Part shown: positions 15,801 through 30,800 of the stretch, piece after piece
Layout: each line of letters starts with the position of its first letter
Position numbering within the stretch: position 1 is the stretch's first letter
Origin: Eledone cirrhosa
Taxonomy: Eukaryota
NCBI GenBank assembly: GCA_964016885.1
Contig: OZ024740.1
Location: forward strand, 8,556,001-8,620,000
Reading direction: 5' to 3'
DNA: 64,000 nucleotides
Position numbers and translations under genes: made by a program
Notes under the pieces: generated by a model
What the model was told of the DNA's origin: nothing
What the model saw: the letters and a program-made list of their open reading frames with translations, nothing else
The model's database searches: none

Positions 15801-18800
15801 AGTATATCAGTTTCTATTGGTATGTCAGTTTCGATTGGTATATCAGTTTCGATTGGTATGTCAGTTTCGATTGGTATGTCTGTTTCTATTGATATATCAG
15901 TTTCGATTGTTATATCAGTTTTGATTGGTATATCAGTTTCGATTGGTATGTCAGTTTCTATTGGTATATTAGTTTCTATTGGTATGTCAGTTTTGATTGG
16001 TATATCAGTTTTGAATGGTATGTCAGTTTCGATTGGTATGTCAGTTTCGATTGGTATATCAGTTTCGATTGGTATGTCAGTTTCGATTGGTACGTAAATT
16101 TCGATTGGTATATTAGTTTCTATTGGCATGTCAGTTTCAATTAGTATATCAATTTCTATTGGTACGTCAGTTTCGATTTGTATATCAGTTTTGATTTGTA
16201 TATGAGTTTCTATAGCTATATCAGTTTCTATTGGTATGTCAGTTCCGATTGGTATGTAAGTTTCGATTAGTATATCAGCTTCTATTGGTATGTCCGTTTC
16301 GATTGGTATGTCAGTTTCAATTGGTATATCAGTTTCGATTGGTATGTCAGTTTCGATTGATATGTCAGTTTCGATTGGTATATCAGTTCCGATTGGTATG
16401 TCAGTTTCGATTGGTATGTCAGTTTCGATTGGTATATCAGTTTAGATTGGTATGTCAGTTTCGATTGGTACGTAAATTTCGATGGGTATATTAGTTTCTA
16501 TTGGTATGTCAGTTTCAATTAGTATATCAGTTTCTATTGGTATGTCAGTTTCAATTAGTATATTAGTTTCGATTGGTATGTCAATTTCAATTAGTATATC
16601 AGTTTCTATAGGTATGTCTGTTTCTATTGGTATATCAGTTTCGATTGGTATGTCAGTTTCTATTAGTATATCAGTTTCTATAGGTATATCAGTTTCTATT
16701 GGTATATCAGTTTCGATTGGTATATCAGTTTTGATTGGTATATCAGTTTTGAATGGTATGTCAGTTTCGATTGGTATGTCAGTTTCGATTGGTATATCAG
16801 TTCCGATTGGTATGTCAGTTTAGATTGGTATGTCAGTTTCGATTGGTATATCAGTTTCGATTGGTATGTCAGTTTCGATTGGTATATCAGTTTTGATTTG
16901 TATATGAGTTCCTATAGCTATATTAGTTTCTATTGGTATGTCAGTTTCTATTGGTATATCAGCTTCGATTGGTATATCAGTTTCTATTGGTATATCAGTT
17001 TCTATTGGTATGTCAGGTTCGATTGGTACATAATTTCGATGGGTATATTAGTTTCTATTGGTATGTCAGTTTCAATTAGTATATCAGTTTCTATTGGTAT
17101 GTCAGTTTCGATTGGTATATCAGTTTTGATTTGTATATGAGTTCCTATAGCTATATCAGTTTCTATTGGTATGTCAGTTTCTATTGGTATATCAGCTTCG
17201 ATTGGTATATCAGTTTCTATTGGTATATCAGTTTCTATTGGTATGTCAGTTTTGATTGGTATGTCAGTTTCAATTGATATGTCAGTTTCGATTGCTATAT
17301 CAGTTCCGATTGGTATGTCAGTTTCGATTGGTATGTCAGTTTCGATTGGTATATCGGTTTCGATTGGTATGTCAGTTTCTATTGGTATGTTAGTTTCGAT
17401 TAGTATATGACTTTCTGTTGGTATGTCAGTTTCGATTGGTATGTCTGTTTCTATTGATATATCAGTTTCGATTGTTATATCAGTTTTGATTGGTATATCA
17501 GTTTCGATTGGTATGTCAGTTTCTATTGGTATATCAGTTTCTATTGGTATGTCAGTTTTGATTCGTATATCAGTTTTGAATGGTATGTCAGTTTCGATTG
17601 GTATGTCAGTTTCGATTGGTATATCAGTTTCGATTGGTATGTCAGTCTCGATTGGTACGTAAATTTCGATGGGTATATTAGTTTCTATTGGTATGTCAGT
17701 TTCAATTAGTATATCAATTTCTATTGGTATGTCAGTTTCGATTGGTATATCAGTTTCGATTTGTATATGAGTTCCTATAGCTATATCAGTTTCAATTGGT
17801 ATGTAAGTTTCGATTGGTATATCAGTTTCGATGGGTATGTCAGTTTCAATTAGTATATTAGTTTCGATTGGAATGTCAATTTCAATTAGTATATCAGTTT
17901 CTATTGGTATATCAGTTTCGATTGGTATGTCAGTTTCTATTAGTATATCAGTTTCTATAGGTATGTCAGTTTCTATTGGTATATCAGTTTCGATTGGTAT
18001 GTTAGTTACTATAGGTATATCAGTTTCGATGGATACATCAGTTTCGATTAGTATGTCAGTTTCAACTGGTATGTCAGTTTGGATTGGTATGTCAGTTTCG
18101 ATTGGTATGTCAGTTTCGATTGGTATGTCAATTTCGATTGGTATATCAGTTTCGATTAGTATGTTAGTTTCAATTGGAATATCAGTTTCGATTGGTATAT
18201 CAGTTTCGACTGGTATATCAGTTTCGATTAGTATAATCAGTTTCTATTGGTATGTCAGTTTCTATTGGTATATCAGTACCGATTGGTATATCAGTTTCGA
18301 TTAGTATGTCAGTTTCTATTCGTATGTTAGTTTCGATAAGTATATCAGTTTCTATCGGTATGTCAGTTTCGATTGATATGTCAGTTTCCATTGGTATATC
18401 AGTTCCGATTAGTATGTCAGTTTCGATTGGTATATCAGTTTCAATTGGTATGTCAGTTTTGATTGGTATGTCAGTTTCGATTGGTATGTCAATTTCGATT
18501 GGTATATCAGTTTCGATTGGTATGTCAATTTCGATTGGTATATCAGTTTCGATTAGTATGTCAGTTTCTATTGGTATGTTAGTTTCGATTAGTATATCAC
18601 TTTCTATTTGTATGTCAGTTTCGATTGGTATGTCTGTTTCTAATGGTATATCAGTTTTGATTGGTATATCAGTTTTGATTGGTATATCAGTTTTGAATGG
18701 TATGTCAGTTTCGATTGGTATGTCAGTTTCGATTGGTATATCAGTTCCGATTGGTATGTCAGTTTAGATTGGTATGTCAGTTTCGATTGGTATATCAGTT

Positions 18801-21800
18801 TCGATTGGTATGTCAGTTTCGATTGGTATATCAGTTTTGATTTGTATATGAGTTCCTATAGCTATATCAGTTTCTATTGGTATGTCAGTTTCTATTGGTA
18901 TATCAGCTTCGATTGGTATATCAGTTTCTATTGGTATATCAGTTTCTATTGGTATGTCAGGTTCGATTGGTACGTAATTTCGATGGGTATATTAGTTTCT
19001 ATTGGTATGTCAGTTTCAATTAGTATATCAGTTTCTATTGGTATGTCAGTTTCGAATGGTATATCAGTTTTGCTTTGTATATGAGTTCCTATAGCTATAT
19101 CATTTTCTATTGGTATGTCAGTTTCTATTGGTATATCAGCTTCGATTGGTATATCAGTTTCTATTGGTATATCAGTTTCTATTGGTATGTCAGTTTTGAT
19201 TGGTATGTCAGTTTCGATTTGTATGTCAGTTTCGATTGGTATATCAGTTTCGATTGGTATGTCAGTTTCGATTGGTATGTCAATTTCGATTGGTATATCA
19301 GTTTCGATTAGTATGTTAGTTTCAATTGGAATATCAGTTTCGATTGGTATATCAGTTTCGACTGGTATATCAGTTTCGATTAGTATACTCAGTTTCTATT
19401 GGTATGTCAGTTTCTATTGGTATATCAGTACCGATTGGTATATCAGTTTCGATTAGTATGTCAGTTTCTATTCGTATGTTAGTTTCGATAAGTATATCAG
19501 TTTCTATCGGTATGTCAGTTTCGATTGATATGTCAGTTTCCATTGGTATATCAGTTCCGATTAGTATGTCAGTTTCGATTGGTATATCAGTTTCAATTGG
19601 TATGTCAGTTTTGATTGGTATGTCAGTTTCGATTGGTATGTCAATTTCGATTGGTATATCAGTTTCGATTGGTATGTCAATTTCGATTGGTATATCAGTT
19701 TCGATTAGTATGTCAGTTTCTATTGGTATGTTAGTTTCGATTAGTATATCACTTTCTATTTGTATGTCAGTTTCGATTGGTATGTCTCTTTCTAATGGTA
19801 TATCAGTTTCGATTGGTATATCAGTTTTGATTGGTATATCAGTTTTGAATGGTATGTCAGTTTCGATTGGTATGTCAGTTTCGATTGGTATATCAGTTCC
19901 GATTGGTATGTCAGTTTAGATTGGTATGTCAGTTTCGATTGGTATATCAGTTTCGATTGGTATGTCAGTTTCGATTGGTATATCAGTTTTGATTTGTATA
20001 TGAGTTCCTATAGCTATATCAGTTTCTATTGGTATGTCAGTTTCTATTGGTATATCAGCTTCGATTGGTATATCAGTTTCTATTGGTATATCAGTTTCTA
20101 TTGGTATGTCAGGTTCGATTGGTACGTAATTTCGATGGGTATATTAGTTTCTATTGGTATGTCAGTTTCAATTAGTATATCAGTTTCTATTGGTATGTCA
20201 GTTTCGATTGGTATATCAGTTTTGATTTGTATATGAGTTCCTATAGCTATATCATTTTCTATTCGTATGTCAGTTTCTATTGGTATATCAGCTTCGATTG
20301 GTATATCAGTTTCTATTGGTATATCAGTTTCTATTGGTATGTCAGTTTTGATTGGTATGTCAGTTTCGATTTGTATGTCAGTTTCGATTGGTATATCAGT
20401 TTCGATTGGTATGTCAGTTTCAATTGATATGTCAGTTTCGATTGCTATATCAGTTCCGATTGGTATGTCAGTTTCGACTGGTATGTCAGTTTCGATTGGT
20501 ATGTAAGTTTCGATTAGTATATCAGTTTCTAATGGTATATCACTTTAGATTGGTATGTCAGCTTCGATTGGTACGTAAATTTCAATGGGTATATTAGTTT
20601 CTATTGGTATGTCAGTTTCAATTAGTATATCAGTTTCTATTGGTATGTCAGTTTCAATTAGTATATTAGTTTCGATTGGTATGTCAGTTTCTATTAGTAT
20701 ATCAGTTTCTATAGGTATATCAGTTTTTATTGGTATATCAGTTTCGATTGGTATATCAGTTTCTATTGGTATGTCAGTTTCGATTGGTATGTCAGTTTCT
20801 ATTGTTATATCAGTTTCGATGGATACATCAGTTTCGATTAGTATGTCAGTTTCTACTGGTATGTTAGTTTCGATTAGTATACCAGTTTCTATTGGTATGT
20901 CAGTTTCGATTGGTATATCAGTTTCGATTGGTATGTCAGTTTCGATTAGTATATCAGTTTCTATTGGTATGTCAGTTTCTATTGATATATCAGCTTCGAT
21001 TGGTATATCAGTTTCGATTAGTATGTCAGTTTGTATTGGTATGTCTGTTTTGATTGGTATATCAGTTTCGATTGGTATGTCAGTTACGATTGGTATATCA
21101 GTTCCGATTGGTATGTCAGTTTCGATTGGTATGTCAGTTTCGATTGGTATATCAGTTTCGATTGGTATGTCTGTTTCTATTGATATATCATTTTCGATTG
21201 TTATATCAGTTGTGATTGGTATATCAGTTTCGATTGGTATGTCAGATTCTATTGGTATATCAGTTTCTATTGGTATGTCAGTTTTGATTGGTATATCACT
21301 TTTGAATGGTATCTCAGTTTCGATTGGTATGTCAGTTTCTATTGTTATATCAGTTTCGATGGATACATCAGTTTCGACTAGTATGTCAGTTTCTACTGGT
21401 ATGTTAGTTTCGATTAGTATATCAGTTTCTATTGGTATGTCAGTTTCGATTGGTATATCAGTTTCGATTGGTATGGCAGTTTCAATTAGTATATCAGTTT
21501 CTATTGGTATGTCAGTTTCTATTGATATATCATCTTCGATTGTTATATCAGTTTCGATCAGTATGTCAGTTTGTATTGGTATGTCTGTTTTGATTGGTAT
21601 ATCAGTTTCGATTGGTATGTCAGTTTCGATTGGTATGTCAGTTTCGATTGGTATATCAGTTCCGATTGGTATGTCAGTTTCGATTGGTATGTCAGTTTCG
21701 ATTGGTATATCAGTTTCGATTAGTATGTCAGTTTCTATTGGTATGTTAGTTTCGATTAGTATATCACTTTTGATTGGTATGTCTGTTTCTATTGATATAT

Positions 21801-24800
21801 CATTTTCGATTGTTATATCAGTTTTGATTGGTATATCAGTTTCGATTAGTATGTCAGTTTCTATTGGTATATCAGTTTCTATTGGTACGTCAGTTTTGAT
21901 TGGTATATCACTTTTGAATGGTATCTCAGTTTCGATTGGCATGTCAGTTTCGATTGGTATATCAGTTCCGATTGGTATGTCAGTTTAGATTGGTATGTCA
22001 GTTTCGATTGGTATATCAGTTTCGATTGGTATGTCAGTTTCGATTGGTACGTAAATTTCCATGGGTATATTAGTTTCTATTGGTATGTCAGTTTCAATTA
22101 GTATATCAGTTTCTATTGGTATGTCAGTTTCGATTGGTATATCAGTTATGAATGGTATGTCAGTTTCGATTGGTATGTCAGTTTCGATTGGTATATCAGT
22201 TCCGATTGGTATGTCAGTTTAGATTGGTATGTCAGTTTCGATTGGTATATCAGTTTCGATTGGTATGTCAGGTTCGATTGGTACGTAATTTCGATGGGTA
22301 TATTAGTTTCTATTGGTATGTCAGTTTCAATTAGTATATCAGTTTCTAATGGTATGTCAGTTTCGATTGGTATATCAGTTTTGATTTGTATATGAGTTCC
22401 TATAGCTTTATCAGTTTCTATTGGTATGTCAGTTTCTATTGGTATATCAGCTTCAATTGGTATATCAGTTCTATTGGTATATCAGTTTCTATTGGTATGT
22501 CAGTTTTGATTGGTATGTCAATTTCGATTTGTATGTCAGTTTCGATTGGTATATCAGTTTTGATTGGTATGTCAGTTTCAATTGATATGTCAGTTTCGAT
22601 TGCTATATCAGTTCCGATTGGTATGTCAGTTTCGATTGGTATATTAGTTTCGATTGGTATGTCAGTTTTGATTGGTATGTCAATTTCGATTGGTATATCA
22701 GTTTCGATTAGTATGTCAGTTTCTATTGGTATGTTAGTTTCGATTAGTATATCACTTTCTATTGGTATGTCAGTTTCGATTGGTATGTCTGTTTCTATTG
22801 ATATATCAGTTTCGATTGTTATATCAGTTTTGATTGGTATATCAATTTCGATTGGTATGTCAGTATCTATTGGTATATCAGTTTCTATTGGAATGTCAGT
22901 TTTGATTGGTATATCAGTTTTGAATGCTATGTCAGTATCGATTGGTATGTCAGTTTCGATTGGTATATCAGTTTCGATTGGTATGTCAGTTTCGATTGGT
23001 ACGTAAATTTCGATTGGTATATTAGTTTCTATTGGTATGTCAGTTTCAATTAGTATATCAATTTCTATTGGTACGTCAGTTTCGATTGGTATATCAGTTT
23101 TGATTTGTATATGAGTTCCTATAGCTATATCAGTTTCTATTGGTATGTCAGTTCCGATTGGTATGTAAGTTTCGATTAGTATATCAGTTTCGATTGGTAT
23201 GTCAGTTTCAATTGGTATATCAGTTTCGATTGGTATGTCAGTTTCGATTGATATGTCAGTTTCGATTGGTATATCAGTTCCGATTGGTATGTCAGTTTCG
23301 ATTGGTATGTCAGTTTCGATTGGTATATCAGTTTAGATTGGTATGTCAGTTTCGATTGGTACGTAAATTTCGATGGGTATATTAGTTTCTATTGGTATGT
23401 CAGTTTCAATTAGTATATCAGTTTCTATTGGTATGTCAGTTTCTATTGGTATATCAGTTTCGATTGGTATGTCAGTTTCTATTAGTATATCAGTTCCTAT
23501 AGGTATATCAGTTTCTATTGGTATATCAGTTTCGATTGGTATATCAGTTTCTATTGGTATGTCAGTTTCGATTGGAATGTCAGTTTCTATTGTTATATCA
23601 GTTTCGATGGATACATCAGTTTCGATTAGTATGTCAGTTTCTACTGGTATGTCAGTTTCGATTAGTATATCAGTTTCTATTGGTATGTCAGTTTCTCTTG
23701 ATATATCAGCTTCGATTGGTATATCAGTTTCGATTAGTATGTCAGTTTGTATTGGTATGTCTGTTTTGATTGGTATATCAGTTTCGATTGGTATGTCAGT
23801 TTCGATTGGTATGTCAGTTTCGATTGGTATGTCAGTTTCGATTGGTATATCAGTTTCGATTGGTATGTCAGTTTTTATTGGTATGTCAATTTCGATTGTT
23901 ATATCAGTTTCGATTAGTATGTCAGTTTCGATTGGTATGTCTGTTTCTATTGATATATCATTTTCGATTGTTATATCAGTTTTGATTGGTATATCAGTTT
24001 CGATTGGTATGTCAGTTTCTATTGGTATATCAGTTTCTATTGGTAGGTCAGTTTTGATTGGTATATCACTTTTGAATGGTATCTCAGTTTCGATTGGTAT
24101 GTCAGTTTCGATTCGTATATCAGTTCCGATTGGTATGTCAGTTTAGATTGGTATGTCAGTTTCGATTGGTATATCAGTTTCGATTGGTATGTCAGTTTCG
24201 ATTGGTACGTAAATTTCGATGGGTATATTAGTTTCTATTGGTATGTCAGTTTCAATTAGTATATCAGTTTCTATTGGTATGTTAGTTTTGATTGGTATAT
24301 CAGTTTTGATTTGTATATGAGTTCCTATAGCTATATCAATTTCTATTGGTATGTCAGTTTCAATTGGTATGTAAGTTTCGATTAGTATATCAGTTTCTAT
24401 TGGTATGTCAGTTTCTATTGGTATATCAGCTTTGATTGGTATATAAGTTTCGATTAGTGTGTTAGTTTCTATTGGTATGTCAGTTTTGATTGGTATATCA
24501 GTATCGATTGGTATGTCAGTTTCGATTGGTATGTCAGTTTCGATTGGTATGTCAGTTCCGATTGGTATGTCAATTTCGATTGGTATATCAGTTTCTATTG
24601 GTATGTCAGTTTCGATTGGTATGTCAGTTTCTACTGGTATATCAGTTTCGATTGATATATCAGTTTCGATTAGTATATCAGTTTCTACTGGTATGTCAGT
24701 TTCGATTAGTATATCTGTTTCTATTGGTATGTCAGTTTCGATTGGTATATCAGTTTTGATTCGTATATCAGTTCCTATTGCTATATCAGTTTCAATTGGT

Positions 24801-27800
24801 ATGTAAGTTTCGATTGGTATATCAGTTTCGATGGGTATGTCAGTTTCAATTCGTGTATTAGTTTTGATTGGTATGTCAATTTCAATTAGTATATCAGTTT
24901 CTATTGGTATATCAGTTTCGATTGGTATGTCAGTTTCTATTGGTATATCAGTTTCGATGGATACATCAGTTTCGATTAGTATGTCAGTTTCTACTGGTAT
25001 GCCAGTTTGGATTGGTATGTCAGTTTCGATTGGTATATCAGTTTCGATTAGTATGTTAGTTTCAATTGGAATATCAGTTTCGATTGGTATATCAGTTTTG
25101 ACTGGTAGATCAGTTTCGATTAGTATAATCAGTTTCTATTGGTATGTCAGTTTCTATTGGAATATCAGTATCGATTGGTATATCAGTTTCGATTAGTATG
25201 TCAGTTTCTATTGGTATGTTAGTTTCGATTAGTATATCAGTTTCTATTGGTATGTCAGTTTCGATCGGTATGTCAGTTTCTATTGGTATATCAGTTTCTA
25301 TTGGTATGTCAGTTTTGATTGGTATGTCAGTTTCGATTGGTATGTCAGTTTCGATTGGTATATCAGTTTCGATTGGTATGTCAGTTTCGATTGGTATATC
25401 AGTTTCAATTAGTATGTCAGTTTCTATTGGTATGTTAGTTTCGATTAGTATATCACTTTCTATTGGTATGTCAGTTTCGATTGGTATATCAGTTTCGATT
25501 GGTATGTCAGTTTCAATTGATATGTCAGTTTCGATTGCTATATCAGTTCCGATTGGTATGTCAGTTTCGATTGGTATGTCTGTTTCGATTGGTATATCAG
25601 TTTCGATTGGTATGTCAGTTTTGATTGGTATGTCAATTTCGATTGGTATATCAGTGTCGATTAGTATGTCAGTTTCTATTGGTATGTTAGTTTCGATTAG
25701 TATATCACTTTCTGTTGGTATGTCAGTTTCGATTGGTATGTCTGTTTCTATTGATATATCAGTTTCGATTGTTATATCAGATTTGATTGGTATATCAGTT
25801 TCGATTGGTATGTCAGTTTCTATTGGTATATCAGTTTCTATTGGTATGTCAGTTTTGATTCGTATATCTGTTTTGAATGGTATGTCAGTTTCGATTGGTA
25901 TGTCAGTTTCGATTGGTATATCAGTTTCGATTGGTATGTCAGGTTCGATTGGTACGTAAATTTCGATGGGTATATTAGTTTCTATTGGTATGTCAATTTC
26001 AATTAGTATATCAGTTTCTATTGGTATATCAGTTTCGATTGGTATGTCAGTTTCTATTAGTATATCAGTTTCTATAGGTATATCAGTTTCTATTGGTATA
26101 TCAGTTTCGATTGGAATGTCAGTTTCTATTGTTATATCAGTTTCGATGGATACATCAGTTTCGATTAGTATGTCAGTTTCTACTGGTATGTCAGTTTCGA
26201 TTAGTATATCAGTTTCTATTGGTATGTCAGTTTCGATTGGTATATCAGTTTCGATTGGTATGTCAGTTTCGATTAGTATATCAGTTTCTATTGGTATGTC
26301 AGTTTCTATTGATATATCAGTTTCGATTGGTATATCAGTGTCGATTAGTATGTCAGTTTCTATTGGTATGTTAGTTTCGATTAGTATATCACTTTCTGTT
26401 GGTATGTCAGTTTCGATTGGTATGTCTGTTTCTATTGATATATCAGTTTCGATTGTTATATCAGATTTGATTGGTATATCAGTTTCGATTGGTATGTCAG
26501 TTTCTATTGGTATATCAGTTTCTATTGGTATGTCAGTTTTGATTCGTATATCAGTTTTGAATGGTATGTCAGTTTCGATTGGTATGTCAGTTTCGATTGG
26601 TATATCAGTTTCGATTGGTATGTCAGTTTCGATTGGTACGTAAATTTCGATGGGTATATTAGTTTCTATTGGTATGTCAGTTTCAATTAGTATATCAATT
26701 TCTATTGTTATGTCAGTTTCGATTGGTATATCAGTTTTGATTTGTATATCAGTTTCTATTGGTATGTCCGTTTCGATTGGTATGTCAGTTTCAATTGGTA
26801 TATCAGTTTCGATTGGTATGTCAGTTTCGATTGATATGTTAGTTTCGATTGGTATATCAGTTCCGATTCGTATGTCAGTTTCGATTGGTATTTCAGTTTC
26901 GATTGGTATATCAGTTTAGATTGGTATGTCAGTTTCGATTGGTACGTATATTTCAATGGGTATATTAGTTTCTATTGGTATGTCAGTTTCAATTAGTATA
27001 TCAGTTTCTATTGGTATGTCAGTTTCAATTAGTATATTAGTTTCGATTGGTATGTCAGTTTCTATTAGTATATCAGTTTCTATAGGTATATCAGTTTTTA
27101 TTGGTATATCAGTTTCGATTGGTATATCAGTTTCTATTGGTATGTCAGTTTCGATTGGTATGTCAGTTTCTATTGTTATATCAGTTTCGATGGATACATC
27201 AGTTTCGATTAGTATGTCAGTTTCTACTAGTATGTTAGTTTCGATTAGTATATCAGTTTCTATTGGTATGTCAGTTTCGATTGGTATATCAGTTACGATT
27301 GGTATGTCAGTTTCGATTAGTATATCAGTTTCTATTGGTATGTCAGTTTCTATTGATATATCAGCTTCGATTGGTATATCAGTTTCGATTAGTATGTCAG
27401 TTTGTATTGGTATGTCTGTTTTGATTGGTATATCAGTTTCGATTGGTATGTCAGTTTCGATTGGTATATCAGTTTCGATTGGTATATCAGTTCCGATTGG
27501 TATGTCAGTTTCGATTGGTATATCAGTTTCGATTAGTATGTCAGTTTCTATTGGTATGTTAGTTTCGATTAGTATATCACTTTCGATTCGTATGTCTGTT
27601 TCTATTGATATATCATTTTCGATTGTTATATCAGTTGTGATTGGTATATCAGTTTCGATTGGTATGTCAGTTTCTATTGGTATATCAGTTTCTATTGGTA
27701 TGTCAGTTTTGATTGGTATATCACTTTTGAATGGTATCTCAGTTTCGATTGGTATGTCAGTTTCTATTGTTATATCAGTTTCGATGGATACATCAGTTTC

Positions 27801-30800
27801 GATTAGTATGTCAGTTTCTACTGGTATGTTAGTTTCGATTAGTATATCAGTTTCTATTGGTATGTCAGTTTCGATTGGTATATCAGTTTCGATTGGTATG
27901 TCAGTTTCGATTAGTATATCAGTTTCTATTGGTATGTCAGTTTCTATTGATATATCAGCTTCGATTGTTATATCAGTTTCGATCAGTATGTCAGTTTGTA
28001 TTGGTATGTCTGTTTTGATTGGTATATCAGTTTCGATTGGTATGTCAGTTTCGATTGGTATGTCAGTTTCGATTGGTATATCAGTTCCGATTGGTATGTC
28101 AGTTTCGATTGGTATGTCAGTTTCGATTGGTATATCAGTTTCGATTAGTATGTCAGTTTATATTGGTATGTTAGTTTCGATTAGTATATCACTTTCAATT
28201 GATATGTCTGTTTCTATTGATATATCATTTTCGATTGTTATATCAGTTTTGATTGGTATATCAGTTTCGATTGGTATGTCAGTTTCTATTGGTATATCAG
28301 TTTCTATTGGTACGTCAGTTTTGATTGATATATCACTTTTGAATGGTATCTCAGTTTCGATTGGTATGTCAGTTTCGATTGGTATATCAGTTCCGATTGG
28401 TATGTCAGTTTAGATTGGTATGTCAGTTTCGATTGGTATATCAGTTTCGATTGGTATGTCAGGTTCGATTGGTAAGTAATTTCAATGGGTATATTAGTTT
28501 CTATTGGTATGTCAGTTTCAATTAGTATATCAGTTTCTATTGGTATGTCAGTTTCGATTGGTATATCAGTTTTAAATGGTATGTCAGTTTCGATTGGTAT
28601 GTCAGTTTCGATTGGTATATCAGTTCCGATTGGTATGTCAGTTTAGATTGGTATGTCAGTTTCGATTGGTATATCAGTTTCGATTGGTATGTCAGGTTCG
28701 ATTGGTACGTAATTTCGATGGGTATATTAGTTTCTACTGGTAGGTCAGTTTCGATTGGTATATCAGTTTTGATTTGTATATGAGTTCCTATAGCTATATC
28801 AGTTTCTATTGGTATGTCAGTTTCTATTGGTATATCAGCTTCGATTGGTATATCAGTTTCTATTGGTATATCAGTTTCTATTGGTATGTCAGTTTTGATT
28901 GGTATGTCAGTTTCAATTGATATGTCAGTTTCGATTGCTATATCAGTTCCGATTGATATGTCAGTTTCGATTGGTATATCAGTTTCGATTGGTATGTCAG
29001 TTTTGATTGGTATGTCAATTTCGATTGGTATATCAGTTTCGATTAGTATGTCAGTTTCTATTGGTATGTTAGTTTCGATTAGTATATCACTTTCTATTGG
29101 TATGTCAGTTTCGATTGGTATGTCTGTTTCTATTGATATATCAGTTTCGATTGTTATATCAGTTTTGATTGGTATATCAGTTTCGATTGGTATGTCAGTT
29201 TCTATTGGTATATCAGTTTCTATTCGTATGTCAGTTTTGATTGGTATATCAGTTTTGAATGGTATGTCAGTTTCGATTGGTATATCAGTTTCGATTGGTA
29301 TATCAGTTTCGATTGGTATGTCAGTTTCGATTGGTACGTAAATTTCGATTGGTATATTAGTTTCTATTGGTATATCAGTTTCAATTAGTATATCAATTTC
29401 TATTGGTACGTCAGTTTCGATTGGTATATCAGTTTTGATTTGTATATGAATTCCTATAGCTATGTCAGTTCCGATTGGTATGTAAGTTTCGATTAGTATA
29501 TCAGTTTCTATTGGTATGTCCGTTTCGATTGGTATGTCAGTTTCAATTGGTATATCAGTTTCGATTGGTATGTCAGTTTCGATTGATATGTCAGTTTCGA
29601 TTGGTATATCAGTTCCGATTGGTATGTCAGTTTCGATTGGTATGTCAGTTTCGATTGGTATATCAGTTTAGATTGGTATGTCAGTTTCGATTGGTACGTA
29701 AATTTCGATGGGTATATTAGTTTCTATTGGTATGTCAGTTTCAATTAGTATATCAGTTTCTATTGGTATGTCAGTTTCAATTAGTATATTAGTTTCGATT
29801 GGTATGTCAATTTCAATTAGTATATCAGTTTCTATAGGTATGTCTGTTTCTATTGGTATATCAGTTTCGATTGGTATGTCAGTTTCTATTAGTATATCAG
29901 TTTCTATAGGTATATCAGTTTCTATTGGTATATCAGTTTCGATTGGTATATCAGTTACTATTGGTATGTCAGTTTCGATTGGAATGTCAGTTTCTATTGT
30001 TATATCAGTTTCGATGGATACATCAGTTTCGATTACTATGTCAGTTTCTACTGGTATGTTAGTTTCGATTAGTATATCACTTTCTATTGGTATGTCAATT
30101 ACGATTGGTATATCAGTTACGATTAGTATGTCAGTTTCGATTGGTATGTCTGTTTCTATTGATATATCTTTTTCGATTGTTATATCAGTTTTGATTGGTA
30201 TATCAGTTTCGATTGGTATGTCAGTTTCTATTGGTATATCAGTTTCTATTGGTATGTCAGTTTTGATTGGTATATCACTTTTGAATGGTATCTCATTTTA
30301 GATTGGTATGTCAGTTTCGATTGGTATATCAGTTCCGATTGGTATGTCAGTTTAGATTGGTATGTCAGTTTCGATTGGTATATCAGTTTCGATTGGTATG
30401 TCAGTTTCGATTGGTACGTAAATTTCGATGGGTATATTAGTTTCTATTGGTATGTCAGTTTCAATTAGTATATCAGTTTCTATTGGTATGTTAGTTTTGA
30501 TTGTTATATCAGTTTTGATTTGTATATGAGTTCCTATATCTACATCAGTTTCTATTGTTATGTCAGTTTCAAATGGTATGTAAGTTTCGATTAGTATATC
30601 AGTTTCTATTGGTATGTCAGTTTCTATTGGTATATCAGCTTTGATTCGTATATAAGTTTCGATTAGTGTGTTAGTTTCTATTGGTATGTCAGTTTTGATT
30701 GGTATATCAGTTTCGATTGGTATGTCAGTTTCGATTGGTATGTCAGTTTCGATTGGTATATCAGTTCCGATTGGTATGTCAATTTCGATTGGTATATCAC

